Source: the human T2T-CHM13v2.0 reference genome, Homo sapiens | Assembly (NCBI RefSeq): GCF_009914755.1 | Contig: NC_060932.1 | Length of the DNA stretch: 64,000 nucleotides | Direction: 5' to 3' (one strand) | Shown: positions 41,213 to 56,712 of the stretch, one piece after another | How the letters are laid out: each line of letters begins with the position of its first letter | Position numbering within the stretch: the stretch's first letter is position 1 | The notes under the pieces: model-generated | Databases searched by the model: none | The model's input: the letters and a program-made list of their open reading frames with translations, nothing else | What the model was told of the DNA's origin: nothing | Position numbers and translations under genes: made by a program

Positions 41213-43357
41213 TTCTATAGACTGTTAACCAAATCCTACTGAAGTCAGAGTTCCTGGCTGTCTGCTAATGCCATCATATTTTCCTCAGGCACTTTGATCT
41301 TTGTGGAGACACACTATAGAGTCTATGATGCTTTCACCAAGGTTGCTTGACAACATGCTTTCCCAGGGGTTAACACTGCAAAAGGAAGAAGGCTGTGCTA
41401 GAGTCAAAGCTGATGCTTTGTCAAAGAAAATATTTAGGCATCAGGACTTGAAATTACGTGTACAACCCTGGCTATGTTGGAAGCAAATTTCTGGGGAAAT
41501 TGTCAGAGCATAAAATTAGGTCTAGTTGAGAAGGAATGCAAGCCCCAAGGTATGGCTAAGCTGAGACAGCAGGATGGAGGAAATTAACACTGGGATAACT
41601 TATGAGTCTCAAAAGGTCGCTATTTTCATAGAAACCATGCCTCTGGAGAAAGATGATTTTGTATTTTATTCAATCTTAATTGCTTGAATAGATTAGAAAT
41701 TTATCCTCTATACTTTTAGTAAAATGACTCCAATTACAACGTCTCCTATTATTATGCTTCCCAAATCCTGCCAAGTCACGCCTGCACAGACCTCACTCTG
41801 AACAGAGTGCCATTGTGAGCATACTTTCTAGAAAGAAGACTTTAATCCATTCTTAGTCAAAAGCAAATTCTATTTTCCTGCCAAGGCAATAGTACATTTT
41901 GGCCTAAGTATAAGCTAAGTTGATAAGTTCCCATGTTACAAGATTTGAGCAATGGAATGATCCAGCTATTGTAAATCTTTTTCCTTTAAAATTTACGTAA
42001 ATGCTTTGATATTTCCAAAATTATGGTGTCTTTAAAGTACTATATTGTAAATACGTGAAACAAAGATGTAGGGCAAAAAGGAAAGCAAGAAAATATGCTG
42101 TAGGAAAAATCTTGTTTTAGCCAAGGAAGAATGGTAATGATAATATGGCTATGAGTTAGGCATGCCAGTTACAAGAGAGATGCCAAGATTCCTTTTGAAA
42201 GGGGGAAGACTTCCAATTTCATGATGACTCTGATATTTACGGTCTTTGTTGTTACTATTTTTATGGCATGATCTTTCCAATCTCAATAACTCACAGTTGC
42301 AAAATAGAAATCACTTCTTGATTTGAAGGCTATATTTGGAACAAATTCAGAGAACAATAAATAGTAAAGAAGGTAGAATTGAACACCATGAAAATGTGGC
42401 AGGGTTTAATTTTTTTTTATATTGTAACTGAGATATGCACAAAAAGTACTGTCCTTTATTATAATTGGGAGTGGAAGGGAAAGGTCATCAGAATCCTTAC
42501 TGTTTGCTGCTGGGAAAATTAGGCCCCAAAAAACGTATCCCTGAAGGGAACACGGTGTCCAATCAATTTCAAGTCAGTCTAATAGCCAGTATCCTTATCG
42601 GGGCTATTTCTCTTCTCCAAAGTCTCCCCTCATCTTCCAGTCTCCTTTGCAATTTGACATTGCGTGCGTAGAGAAGCCTGACAGCCTGTAAGGAGGGAGA
42701 CAGCCCCTTGGTACAACTTCTGTTCTTCTCTGCTGGCTCCTGCTGATACCTGGTTTATCTCTGGTCTCTGGGTGACTGTGACTATTTTTATTTGAGCTCT
42801 ACACTCTCTGCATGGCTACAGACAACCTTCTCTGCCCCACTGCTGATGTAAGCCCCTCTGGGTTTTTTTAGTATCCAGCTTCCAAGTTTTACACAGGTTC
42901 TCTCTCCAGTCCCTTACGTGGGCCCTCCACTCACTGCCTTGACATGGGGTACCATCTCCAGGCCTCACCTTGCTCACCACACTGCCATTTCTGTTCTGAT
43001 GCAGCTGCCCCACCTTGGCCCAGAGTTAACTTGAAAGGTGCTCTCCTCCCAAGGAACCAAATAGGAGGTAGGGCACAAGTTCTTCTACTTTATTGCCCCC
43101 AACTCTCTGGGGGTTCTATGTTCTTAAATACTCCCTCAATCCAGTTCTTAGAGTAGAGACTCTAGGGTTTGGGATACTAGATCATGAGAGACCTTGGCAT
43201 AGTCCTAATTCTTATTCTCACTTTTAAATCTCTTCCTATTCTTGCTGATGGAATTTCTACTTTTCCTATTTTCCTTGTAGGGGCTGCATTCATCTCCTTT
43301 TCTTCAAGCAGATGCCTGTTGTTCCTATTGTACCTCCCCTCCTAGGCCCTGTGGACT

Positions 43358-43470
43358 TAGGATGACCAACTACCCTGGTTTTCCTGGGACCATCCTGGTT
43401 TTAGATCACGAAGTCCTATCTCCTGGGAAACCCTTCTGTTCTGGGCAGACTGGGATGGTTGGTCACCCCA
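43358..43470 (+). mobile_element. MER81 (hAT-Blackjack MITE)
   Basis: TIRs TAGGATGACCAAC / GTTGGTCACCCCA; ~113 bp. Confidence 0.85.
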
Positions 43471-44804
43471 TCTGTGATAAATTACCTCCATGGCTAAGCT
43501 TTAGTGTCCAAAATGCTTTAGGGGAAGGAAAAAGAGATTACTCAGAAAGAAACATGGCAAAGTACAGAACTACAAAATATTTTCCTTCACTGTAGAAATA
43601 ATGGCACATTTGTTTCTATTATATCTAGCAACTAATTTATTGAAAAGGAGCTGGTGTCACTGCAGAATTAAAAACAGGCCAGAAAATCGCTTCTTGAAAG
43701 TAAAGTGGCTGTCACATTTATGAAAACTTTCCACTCATTGTAGAAGTTTTCAGTCCAGAAAACTAATCAAATTCAAAATTTTGTGAAACTTGAATCATTT
43801 AAGAAACTATTTGACTACACAATAGCTTTTAAGCCGAGTCTTGAAATAAATCTCAAACATGAACATATAAATTGATATTGTCATCGTGACAAACAAAACA
43901 ATATCCATTCAGTTTCTACTATAATAATATTTAAAATTGAATTAAACAAACCAGGAGGGAAATGAAAGCTATTGGTAGATTCCCAAAACCACGCTTGATT
44001 TTGGGCAGTCCAGGGAAGCCGAGGGGGCTTATCCTGGGTGTGGGCATGATGGCTCTTTCCGTTAACACAGGGCAGCCAACCTAATGAGTGTCTGGCGGGG
44101 ACGGAGAGGCAGACAAGCTGGGCCAGCATCTCAGGGCTTCCAGTGTCTTAAAGGCACATCCCAAGCTCAGGGATGATTTAGGCAACAGCCCACCTTAGAA
44201 GTTTCTAAGAGAAGTTAACAGTGTTCTGACAGGTGGGTGTGGAGGAAGCTCATGTGAGAGGACATGGATATGGGGGAGAGGGATAACTGCACAAGTGGAC
44301 AGCTGTCACATCAAGAAGGCTGGTCTTAGGGTACTGGGCAGGGTTGAAAACAGGAAAAGACCAGCAGGAGCAAGAAGAAATCATGTACCTCAATAGAAGT
44401 TTGATCCTACAAATGGGCATAAGGAAGCAGAAAATTGATAACCCAAGAGACCACGTGGGATCTCAGTGGCCTTCACTGGGTTGTGGGCACTGGGTGTGAC
44501 AAGAAGCTGTAAAGATTTAGGATGCAAAGTGGGTAGACTTGTGCTACAGCCTAACAGAATATTAGGCTACCATGTTTAAATTCAGTTTAGTCTTGACCCT
44601 GGGACTAGATAAGCCTTCAGGTGGGGAGAACTTTGAAGAGCAAGGGAAGGTACAGTCAGGTAAGTAGGATTAAGGGACGCAGTTACCCAGGGATCTTTTC
44701 TTAAATTGGCTTAGATGCTTTTGCCTGTAGCTACCAGAAGCCTGTTTTGCCAGTGTGATCGAAGTATGAATATAAGAGCTGAAAGGGATCCCTCCATTTA
44801 CTTA

Positions 44805-45000
44805 TACATTTTAAATAAATAATTTATTAAAATTTGTTTATTAAATTATTTAATACAATTAATTTATTATTTATTTACTAATTTGTTCATTAAATTTATT
44901 TAATAAATTTAAATTTATTTTGAAATGTATTATTTTTAAATAAATTTTAAAATAATTAAATATTTTAAATATTTATTTATTAAAATTTATTTTTAATAAC
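44805..45000. repeat. AT-rich low-complexity tract with short palindromes
   Basis: Nearly pure A/T; AATAAATTTAAATTTATT at 44902-44919. Confidence 0.9.
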
Positions 45001-45004
45001 TCCA

Positions 45005-45320
45005 TATTAATTGATTCGCTATAACTGGCTTGTGTTAGATGCTGGGGATGCCTTGGTGAAAAAATTAGAGCAACCCAAAGGAAGTCTTGTGTTCTTGAAA
45101 GAGGAATCAGACAAATACACAGGTATGCATGTTTCCATGATAGGAGTGTCAGAAAGGGTGACAGAGCACACTGGTGGGGCACCCAATTAATCTAGGCTGG
45201 GATGCCATGGTGGGCTTTCAGCTCATATAACCTTCTCATTTTATGGTGGAAGAACAGAAAGATTAAATTATTACATGTCACATAATACATCAAGGCTTAA
45301 GTCTTCCGTAGTGAGATCAT
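45005..45320 (-). mobile_element. L2 and MIR fragments
   Basis: TGTGTTAGATGCTGGGGAT...CAGACAAATACACAG; CCTTCTCATTTTATGG. Confidence 0.5.
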
Positions 45321-45539
45321 TGCCCTGGGGATGATCCTAGATACCTGGTCAGGCAAAGTCAGCCAAAGCTATAGAAGGAACTGGTGGCTACACTTCCTCT
45401 CTCTGCCTGGGTGGCTGCACATAGTCTGTTGCTTCTCAAGGCCTCCAAGTGATATAAGCACAGGCATGCAACCCTCAGGAATGGCTGGCATGACAACTCA
45501 GATTATTATTTCTTTATTTGCTTGCTTGTTTGTCTTATA

Positions 45540-45840
45540 TGAAATGGTAGAGTTTCAGGGGGGTAGGGGAACCCCTCTTGAAGCATAGCCCACAGTATGT
45601 CTCAGCCCCCACATACCTCTCCATGGGTTGCCCACAACATGGGAGAACTGTGTGCCTCTTCTTACACACTTTCTGCTTGTAAATTTCCCTAATAAAATCA
45701 GCTTCCTGCCTGCCCTGCCCAATGTGGTGCCTGCTTTCATCTATCAGTCCGCACCTCCATTTGCATCTGCCATTCATTCAGCACACTGGCAAATTTTTGG
45801 GATAAGTCTCTGAATGGCTGTCTCACTGTCTCAGCAAAGC
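45540..45840 (+). mobile_element. Possible ancient LTR, family not identified
   Basis: R/U5-like TGTGTGCCTCTTC...TTCCCTAATAAAATC. Confidence 0.3.
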
Positions 45841-46039
45841 AGCACAAATCCAGGATTTGATAAGCACTGCTCAGTTTTATGCACAGATTGGAAAGTAGAG
45901 GATCATTACACTACTTCCGTATGGTAATATCCATTAGGAAATTAACCTACAGAACACTATGTGAAGCGTTCTGGTCACCTTAGGTGAGAGGACTAAGTAA
46001 AAGGTGTAATGCTCATTCTCTCAGAGTGCAAACTCTTTT

Positions 46040-46265
46040 TCATGGAACAACTATTCAGGCCTGGAAATAGGAGGCCTATGATGAAATTTCAATTCTGCCA
46101 CTCTGGGTTTGAGCAAGTCACTTTACCTTTTAACATCTTTAAAAATTATCGAATCTTATGAGTATATTAAAGTTGTGATAGTTAAATACAAAACAAATGA
46201 ACATAGTAGCATAACAGAGTCAGCAACAGAATGGTGCTTTGTAAACGTTTACTGAATTCAGTAAT
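46040..46265 (+). mobile_element. MIR fragment
   Basis: TCTGCCACT...TTGAGCAAGTCACTTTACCT. Confidence 0.55.
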
Positions 46266-47495
46266 ACTAACACACATGCATTGATAGTAAAAAGCCTCAA
46301 ATAGCACACAAAGCAGCATATCATCAAGTGCTCAATTGTGTGGAACGCAATAGAGGAAGTCATGGAGGCTTATTCACAAGTGGGTTTGATGAAAAGTTAG
46401 CTGTCACATTGGGGTAATGAATCTCACATGGACTCAGTCACAGGGTGCAGTCATTTGGATGCTGAATTCATAATTTTAGTTTTACATCAGATAAAAAGTC
46501 TATTTTTTTCTGATTTTAAAAGCAATATAGACATGTAGAAAATAGTAACAGAAATGTTTAAAATGATATCAGTTATAAATCTCATTTCTAGAGAGAACCA
46601 TTAATATGTACAAAATATATACATATTCTATATGTATCCTGGTTTTTTAAATGTATATCTCATTGTGTTTTAAATTTGTGGAAAACTGAATTTTAATAGA
46701 TGTGAAATACAGTATTTCATTTATGCATGTGGTATGTTGTATTAATCACTTTCTTGTTTTGTTAGAAATGTTTGTTTTTTTCTCTCTCTTTTTAACCATT
46801 CGGTATTTTTATTTTATTTTTAAGTTCTGGGATACATGTGCAGGATCTGCAGGTTTGTTACATAGGTAAACATGTGCCATGGTGGTTTGCTGTACCTATC
46901 AACCCATTACCTGGGTACTAAGCCCCGCATGCATTTATTATTTTTCCTGATGCTCTCCCTCTCCCTGCCCCCAACCCCACGGCAGGCCCCAGTGTGTGTT
47001 TCCCCGCCGGCCCATGTCCATGTGTTCTTATTGTTCAGCTCCCACTTATAAGTAAGAGCATGTGGTGTTTGGTTTTCTGTTCTTGTGTTAGTTTGCTGAG
47101 GAAAATAGCTTTCAGCTCCTTCCAAGTCCCTGCAAAGGACATAATCTCATTCCTTTTTATGGCTGCATAGTATTCCATGGTGTATACATACCACATTTTT
47201 TTTTTAATCCAATCTCTCATTGATGGGCATTTGGGTTGGTTCCAAGTCTTTGACATTGTGAATAGTGCTGCAATGAACACATGTGTGAATGTATCTTTAT
47301 AAAAGAATGATTTATATTCCTTTGGGTATATACCCAGTACTGGGATTGCTGGGTCAAATGGTATTTCTGGTTCTAGGTCTTTGAGAAATCACCACATTGT
47401 CTTTCACAGTGGTTGAACTAATTTACATTCCCACCAACAGTGTAAAAGCATTCCTATTTCTCCACAGCCTCACTAGCATCTGTTGTTTCTTGACA

Positions 47496-47614
47496 TTTTT
47501 TTTCTTTTTTTTTTTTGAGTTGGAGTCTTGGTTTGTCACCCAGGCTGGAGTGCAGTGGCATGATCTTGACAAGTGCTGGGATTACAGGCGTGAGCCACCG
47601 TGCCCACGCCCAGC
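47496..47614 (-). mobile_element. Alu with a ~190-bp internal deletion
   Basis: ...GCAGTGGCATGATCTTGAC|AAGTGCTGGGATTACAGGCGTGAGCC. Confidence 0.88.
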
Positions 47615-48443
47615 GTTTTTAATGATCACCATTCTGACTGGCGTGAGATGGTATCTCGTTGTGGTTTTGATTTACATTTCTCTACTGATCAGTGATGTTG
47701 AGCTCTTTTTCATATGTTTGTGGCCTGCATAAATGTCTTCTTTTGAGAAGTGTCTGTTCATGTCCTTTGCTCACTTTTTAAGGGAGTTGTTTTTTTCTTC
47801 TAAATTTGTTTGAGTTCCTTGTAGACTCTGAATATTAGACCTTTGTCAGATGGATAGATTGTAAAAATTTTCTCCCATTCTGTAGGTTGTCTGTTCACTC
47901 TGATGATAGTTTCTTTTGCTGTGAAGGAAGCTCTTTAGTTTATTTAGATCCCGATTGTCAATTTTCGTTTTTGTTGCAATTGTTTTTGACATTTTAATGA
48001 ATCTTTGTCCATGCCCATGTCCTGAATGACATTGGTTAGATTTTCTTCTAGAGTTTTTAGTTTTGGGTTTTACATTTAAGCCTTTAATCCATCTTGAGTC
48101 AATTTTTGTATAAGGTGTGAGGAAGTGGCCCAGTTTCACTTTTCTGCATATGGCTAGTCACTTCTCCCAGCACCATTTATTAAATAGGGAATTCTTTATC
48201 TGTTGCTTGTTTTTGTCAGGTTTGCCAAAGATCAGATGGTTGTAGGTGTGCGGTCTTATTTCTGAGATCTCTATGCTGTTCCATTGGTCTGTGTGTCTAT
48301 TTTTGTACCAGCACCATGCTGTTTTGGTTACTGCAGCCTTGTAGTAAAGTTTGAAGTCAGGTAGAGTGATGCCTTCAGCTTTGTTCTTTTTGCTTAGGAT
48401 TATCTTGGTTATTCAGGCTCTTTTATAGTTCCATATGAATTTT

Positions 48444-48734
48444 GTTTTTGTGTATATGTGTGATAGGATCTTACTCTGTCACTCAGGCTGAAGTGCAGGG
48501 GTATGATCACAGCACACTGTAGCCTTGACCTCCCTGGGCTCAGGTGATCCTCCCACCTCAGCCTCCCAGGTAGCCAGGACTACAGGTGCACACCAACATG
48601 CCTAGTTAATTTTTGTATTTTTTGTAGAGATGAGGTTTTGCCATGTTTCCCAGGCCGGTCTTGAACTTCTGGAGTCAAGTGATCCTCCCACCCTGGCCTC
48701 CCAAGGTGCTGGGATTACAGGTGTAAGCTGGCCT
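48444..48734 (-). mobile_element. AluJ inside the L1
   Basis: TSD TCCATATGAATTTT. Confidence 0.92.
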
Positions 48735-49633
48735 CCATATGAATTTTAAAATAATAGTTTTCTAATTCTGTGAAGAATGTGATTGGTAGTTTGATAGAAA
48801 TAACATTGAATCTGTAAATTGCTTTAGGCAATATGGCTATTTTAACAATATTAATTCTTTCCATGAGCATGAAGTGTTTTTCCATTTGTTTGTGTCATCT
48901 CTGATTTCTCTGAGTAGTGTTTTGTAATTCTTGTTGTAGAGATCTTTTACCTCCCAGGTTAGCTGTGTTTCTAGCTATTTTATTCTTTTTGTGGCTGTTG
49001 TGAATGGGATTGTGTTCTTGATTTGGCTCTCAGCTTGGATGTTGTTGGTGTACAGGAATGCTCCTGATTTTTTGTATATTGGTTTTATATCCTAAAACTT
49101 TGCTGAGGTTGTTTTTCAGATCAAGGAGCTTTTGGGCAGAGACTATGGGGTTTCTAGGTAAAGAATCACATAGCTTGCAAACAGGGATAGCTCGACTTCC
49201 TTTTTTCCTATTTGGATGGCTATCTTTCTTTCTCTTGCCTGATTGCTCTGGCTAGGACTTCCAGTACTATGTTGAATAAAATATTTGTCTTCATTTAATT
49301 TCAAAATCTTAAAAAACTTTTTTTGCTGTTGTTGAGAAATGACTTTTCAAAAAAATACCAAAGATATAATAATATAAATTTGTAGTGTCAACAGAAGAGT
49401 ATGCACATAAACCTTACTATATAGAAGTTTAGTCTGTGATAAAGTTGACATTTCAAATCAGTATTTTTCCTAGTGCAATTATCTTTGTTTCTGTCTTCTG
49501 TTTCATTTATTTTCTTTTTGTGTCTTATCCTATTTACTTGCTTATGTTTTCTCTACTTTTTGTTTTCTTCTTAGTTCTTTCTTTTTTCCCATTATTTTTT
49601 ATTTTTCTGTATTATATTTTTATGACTATTCCA

Positions 49634-49722
49634 ATTTTGATTAGTGATAAATTTAATGATTAATACAGTTGATGCTATGCACACAGTTTATATTTTCATT
49701 AGTGACAAATTCAATGATTAAT
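49634..49722 (+). repeat. 31-bp direct repeat, period 58
   Basis: ATTTT(G/C)ATTAGTGA(T/C)AAATT(T/C)AATGATTAAT at 49634-49664 and 49692-49722. Confidence 0.85.
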
Positions 49723-50029
49723 TTTAACTTGCAAAAGGATACCTTGCTCTATATTTTTTGTCAGTAAACTATAAAATATTATCTTTTGAGACCTCTCTAC
49801 TCAAGGCAAGAAAATTATACTACTTTTGTTTTCTTAAGCCAAATGTAGAATTTATGTTTATAACATAAGAATTTGTCAGGTTTATTTTTATCTTTTTTTA
49901 CATTTTAGATATATAAAATATAAGTTAATATGTATATTTATATAACATGTATATACTTATACATTTATTTACTTATATATGTACATTATTGAAAATGTTC
50001 ATTTCCAAACACATTTTAGGACCATTAGT

Positions 50030-52050
<2,021 letters not shown>

Positions 52051-52054
52051 TAAT

Positions 52055-55000
52055 TCACTTATTAGTTTTAACAGTTATTCTGTGAAATATTTAAGATTTC
52101 TATATATAATATCATAGCATCTGTGAATAGAGGTCATTTTACTTCATCTTTTCCAATTTTGATGCATTTTCTTTTTCTTACCTATTTGCTCTGGCTAGAA
52201 CTTCCAATACCATGTTGAACAGAAATGGAGAAGTGGAGAAAGCAGGCATTCCTGCCTTATTCCCAGCTTAGAGAAAAAGCTTTCAGTTTTTCATCGAGTA
52301 TGATGTTTCCTCTAGGTTTTTCAAACATGAATTTTATTATGTTGAGGTAGTTTCCTCTATTCTTAGTTTATCCAGTGTTTTCTTAAATCAGGAAACGGTA
52401 TTTTGTCAAATGCCTTTTCTGCACTTATTGAGATGGTCATGTGTTTTTCCCCCCTTAATTCTGTTAATGTGATGTATACTTTGATCTCTTTTTGTATGTT
52501 GCACATACAAACTCCTTCCAGGAATAAGCCACTGCATTCCAGGAATACATCACACTTGGTTATGGTGTATAATCCTTTTAATATGCAGCTGAATTTGGTT
52601 TGTTAGTATTTTGTTGAGAATTTTTGCAGTAAAGTTTAGAAGGGATATTGGTTTGTAGTTTTAGCGTAGTGTCTTTGTGTGGTATTGGTATCAGGGTAGT
52701 GCTGGTCTCATAGAATGAGTTAGAAAGTGTTCCCTACTCTTCAGTTTTTTGTGAAAGTTTGAGAAGGATTGGTGTTTGTTATTTTCAAAATGTTTGGTAG
52801 AATTCGACAGTGAAGCCATCAATACAGGGCTCTTATTTGTTGATAGATTTTTGATTACTGATTCCATCTCTCTGTTAGTTACAGGTCTATTCTAATGTTC
52901 TATTCCTTTGATTTAGTCTTGGAAGGTTTTGTGTTTTTAGGAATTTGTCTATTTCATCTAAGTTATTCCGTTTGTTGGTGTAAAACTGTTCATAATAATC
53001 CCAATGCCCAACTTGCATCTTTCATCTTTTTTTGCATCTTTCCTCTTTTTTTCTTAGTCCATGTAGCTAAAAGTTTGTCAATTTTTTTGATCCTCTCAAA
53101 GAAACAACTTTTGGTTTCATTGACTTTATGTACTGTTTTTCACATCACTATTTTATTTATCTCCGCTCGACTCTTAATTATTTACTTCCTTCTCTTAGCT
53201 TTGGGTTTAGTTTGTTCTTTTTCTAGTTCCTTAAGTTTACAAAGTTAGGTTTATGATTTGAGATCTTTCTTGTTTTTTAATATAAACATTTATAGCTATA
53301 AATTTCTGCCTTAGTACTGCTTTCACTGAATTTCATATATTTTTATAGGTTGTGTTTTCATTTTCATTCATCTCTAATTTCCTAATTTCTCTTGTGTTTT
53401 CTTCTTTGATCCATTGGTTGTTTAAGAGTTTATTGTTTAATTTTCAAATATTTGTGGATTTCCTGGTTTTCTTCTGTTTTTCACTTTTAACTTCATCCTG
53501 TTGTGGTTAGAGAAGACATTTCATATAATATTTATCTTTTAAAATCTATTGAGACTTAATCTGTGGCTTAACATAGGAGCTAGCCTGGAAAATATCCATG
53601 TGTGCTATCCATGGCTATCCAATAGCCATGTATACTTGATAAGAATATGATACTGTTGTCATTGGGTATGGTGTTCTGATGTTTCTGTTAGATCTTGTTG
53701 GTTTATTGTGTTGTTTAAGTACTTTATTTTCTTATCTTCTCTCTGATAGTTCTATCTATTATTGGGAATGGGCTACTGAATTCTTCAACTATTATTGTAG
53801 ACCTATCTATTTCTTCCTTAATTCTGTCAGTTTTTGCTTAACGTATTTGGATTTTGATTTACACATTAGGTATGTAAGTGTTTATAATTGTTATATCTTC
53901 TTGTTGTATTGAACTTTAAAAATGTATATAATGTCCTTCTTTGTCTCTTGTAAACCTTTTTGACTTAAAGTCTATTTTGTCTCATATTAGTATAGCCACC
54001 CTGGATCTCATTTGGTTACTATTTGTATGGGATGCCTTTTTCCATACTTTCACTTTTAACCTATTTGTGTCTTTAGATCTAAAATGAGTCTCTTGTAGAC
54101 AACATGTAGTTGGATATGTGTTTTTAGGGATTCTGCTAATTTCTGTCTTTTGATTGGATAGTTTAATCCATTTACATTTAAAGTAATGCATAATAGGAAG
54201 AACTTCTGTCATTTTGCTATTTGCTTACTGTGTGCCTTATAGCTTTTACGTCCCTCATTTTCTATTTAACTGTCTTCTTTTATATGTAAATTTTTGATTT
54301 TAGTGAAATGCTTAAATTTCTTCCTCATTTCTTTTTGTGTATTTTCTATAGCCATTTTCTTTGTGGCTACCATGGGGATTACGTTTAATAGTCTAATGTT
54401 ATAACATTCTATTTTGAATTTATAATATCTTAACTTCAATAACATATAAAAACTCTGCTCCTTTACAGCTCGGTGCCTACTCCTTTCAGGTGTTGAAGTC
54501 ACAGAATTACATCCTTATAGATTGTATGCCACAAAACATAAAATAGTTCTTTCAAATGTATTATCTCTTAAGTTATGTAACAATCAAAATGTGGAGTCAT
54601 TAATACAAACCAAAGTTACAATAATACTTGCTTTTAGACTATTAACTGTTTTTCTTAAAATGTATTAGTCTCTTAAATCATGTAGAATACAGAAAGAAGT
54701 TACCCTTGCTACAATAATACTAGCTTTTACAGTTGCCCATATATTAACTTTTATTGAGATCTATATTTCTTCATATGGCTTTGAGCAAGTGTCCTTTCAT
54801 TTTACCTTGTAGGACTCCATTTATAATTTCTTGCAGGGCAAGTCTAGTGGTAATGAATTCCCGTAGCTTTTGTTTATCTGGGAATATCTTATTTTTTCCC
54901 TTACTTTTAAAGGATAGTCTTGCCAGATATGTTAATAGAATTCTTGGTTGACAGTGTTTTTCTTTCAGCACTTTGAATATATGAGCCCACAGACTTCTGG

Positions 55001-56430
55001 CTTCCAAAATTTCTAGTGAGAAATCTGCTGTTAATTTTATTGAGTATCTCTTTTATGTGACAAGTAGCTTTTCTCTTGCTACTCTCAAGATTCTCTCTTA
55101 ATGTGGCTTGGTGTAATTCTCTTTGAATTCGTCTTTCTCGGAGTTTGTTGAGCTTCTTGGACATCTATGTTCATTTCTTTCATCAAGTTTGGGAAGTTTT
55201 CTATTATTTTTTCTTCAAATATTTTCTTTACCTATCCTTCTTTTCTCCTTGTGAAATTCTCATAATGCATAAGTTGGTCTTTTTGATGGTGTCACACATA
55301 TCCCTTAGGTTGTGTTTACTTTCTTCAACCTTTTTTCTTTCTGTTCTTAATACTCAATAATTTCCATTGTCCTATGTTGAAGTTCACTGATTCTTTTTTA
55401 TGCCTCCTAAAATCTGCCTTTTAATTGCTTTAGTGAGTTTTTATTTCAATTGTACTTTTCAGCTCCAGAATTTTTTGTTTTCTTTTTAGGTTTTCTACAT
55501 CTTTATTGCTATTTCTATTTTGTTAATAACATGATTTTCTGGACTTTCTCCACATATTCCTTAAGTTCTTTGAGCATCTTTGTGTAGTGAATCTGTCATC
55601 AGATCTTTTCAAGGCCAGTTTCTGTTGATTAATTTTTTTCTCCTTTGAATGTGCCATACATTCTTGTTTCTTTGTATGTCTTGTGATTTTTTTTGTTGAA
55701 AACAGTATTTGAATTTGATAACGTATCTTTGGAAATCAGATTCTCCTCTTTGCCCAGGTTTGCTGTTTTTTTGTTATTGTTTATTGTTTTTGTTTTTTTG
55801 ATGGTTTTAGGCTAACTCTGTGCCAGTTTGAGATGTAAACTTAAGATCTTCTCAAGTCTTTTCTGAGCCTTTGCCTTTCTACGGGAATATGAGATAATTT
55901 TTTAATTTTTCCTGTATATTCAACTCTTTTTTTTTTTGGATATCCTAGTTTCTAATCTCTCATTCTCAAAAGGGGAAAAATGAAGGGAGGAAACAAAAAG
56001 GGTGCTGGCTCTTTGAATCCTCTGGAAGTCACTTCAGCCAGATGGGAAGGAGCCTGTAACAATTCAGGGAGGTACAACAACAAAGTCTGCCCACCTTCTT
56101 GTGTGCACCTCTGTGATCAGAAGTAGCAATCAGTGATCGGATGCAGATCTCTAATATTTGGAAGACAACATCCTTTTTGCCCACCCTGGAGCCCATAGGC
56201 TGCATGCAAGTTTCTCCAAGAACTGGGGGATGGGTAGCTGCTACCGTTTTAAGAGCTAAAATTAAAATTAATTGTGCTTTTACCTTATACCTTCCCCTGG
56301 AATTTGCAAGCTTACAGTAGACTCCAGAGTTGCAAAAATAGTTACATTAGGCAGATTTTGCCAGTATAATTGTTGTCTAGGAGCACGGCCAGACTCCTGG
56401 TGCTTTCTACCCTTCCATCTTCCCCAACCG
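52055..56430 (-). mobile_element. Long old L1M (ORF2 5' part, inter-ORF region, ORF1, 5' region)
   Basis: ORFs 53982-54212 (CCLQETHFRSKDTNRLKVK, EN) and 54771-55007 (IFKVLKEK..QPRIL, ORF1 C-terminus). Confidence 0.88.
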
Positions 56431-56712
56431 CTAGTTATTGAAACTTACTTTAATACAGGAATGTAAGCAGTTTACTTTGTGTTTTTTCATTTTCATCACT
56501 TATGAATAACTCAGCTAGTGAAAAACTTCTTAGAGTAAATCATTTTTCTTTCAAAATAATGTTGACATTGCTCTGTTGAAATCTAGTGTTTATTTCAGAG
56601 AAGTCTGCGGCCAGTTTGATTTTTATTTCTTTTCAGATTACCTGTCTCTAAAGATCTGGATGCTTTAAATACTTTTTCCTTTTAATCAATAACCATGAAA
56701 TATCTGGGTGTG

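Larger units (their letters stand above)
46803..49280 (-). mobile_element. L1PA (approximately PA11-15), ~2.1 kb, with two Alu insertions
   Basis: Antisense 3'UTR and ORF2; ORFs 47035-47280 and 47846-48139 are ORF2 C-terminal peptides. Confidence 0.92.

Noticed and set aside
43358-43470. Hairpin-forming sequence as a novel ncRNA
   Set aside because: Explained by the terminal inverted repeats of MER81.
54555-54730. Degenerate ~100-bp tandem repeat
   Set aside because: Lies in the L1M inter-ORF region, where tandem repeats are probably part of the element.
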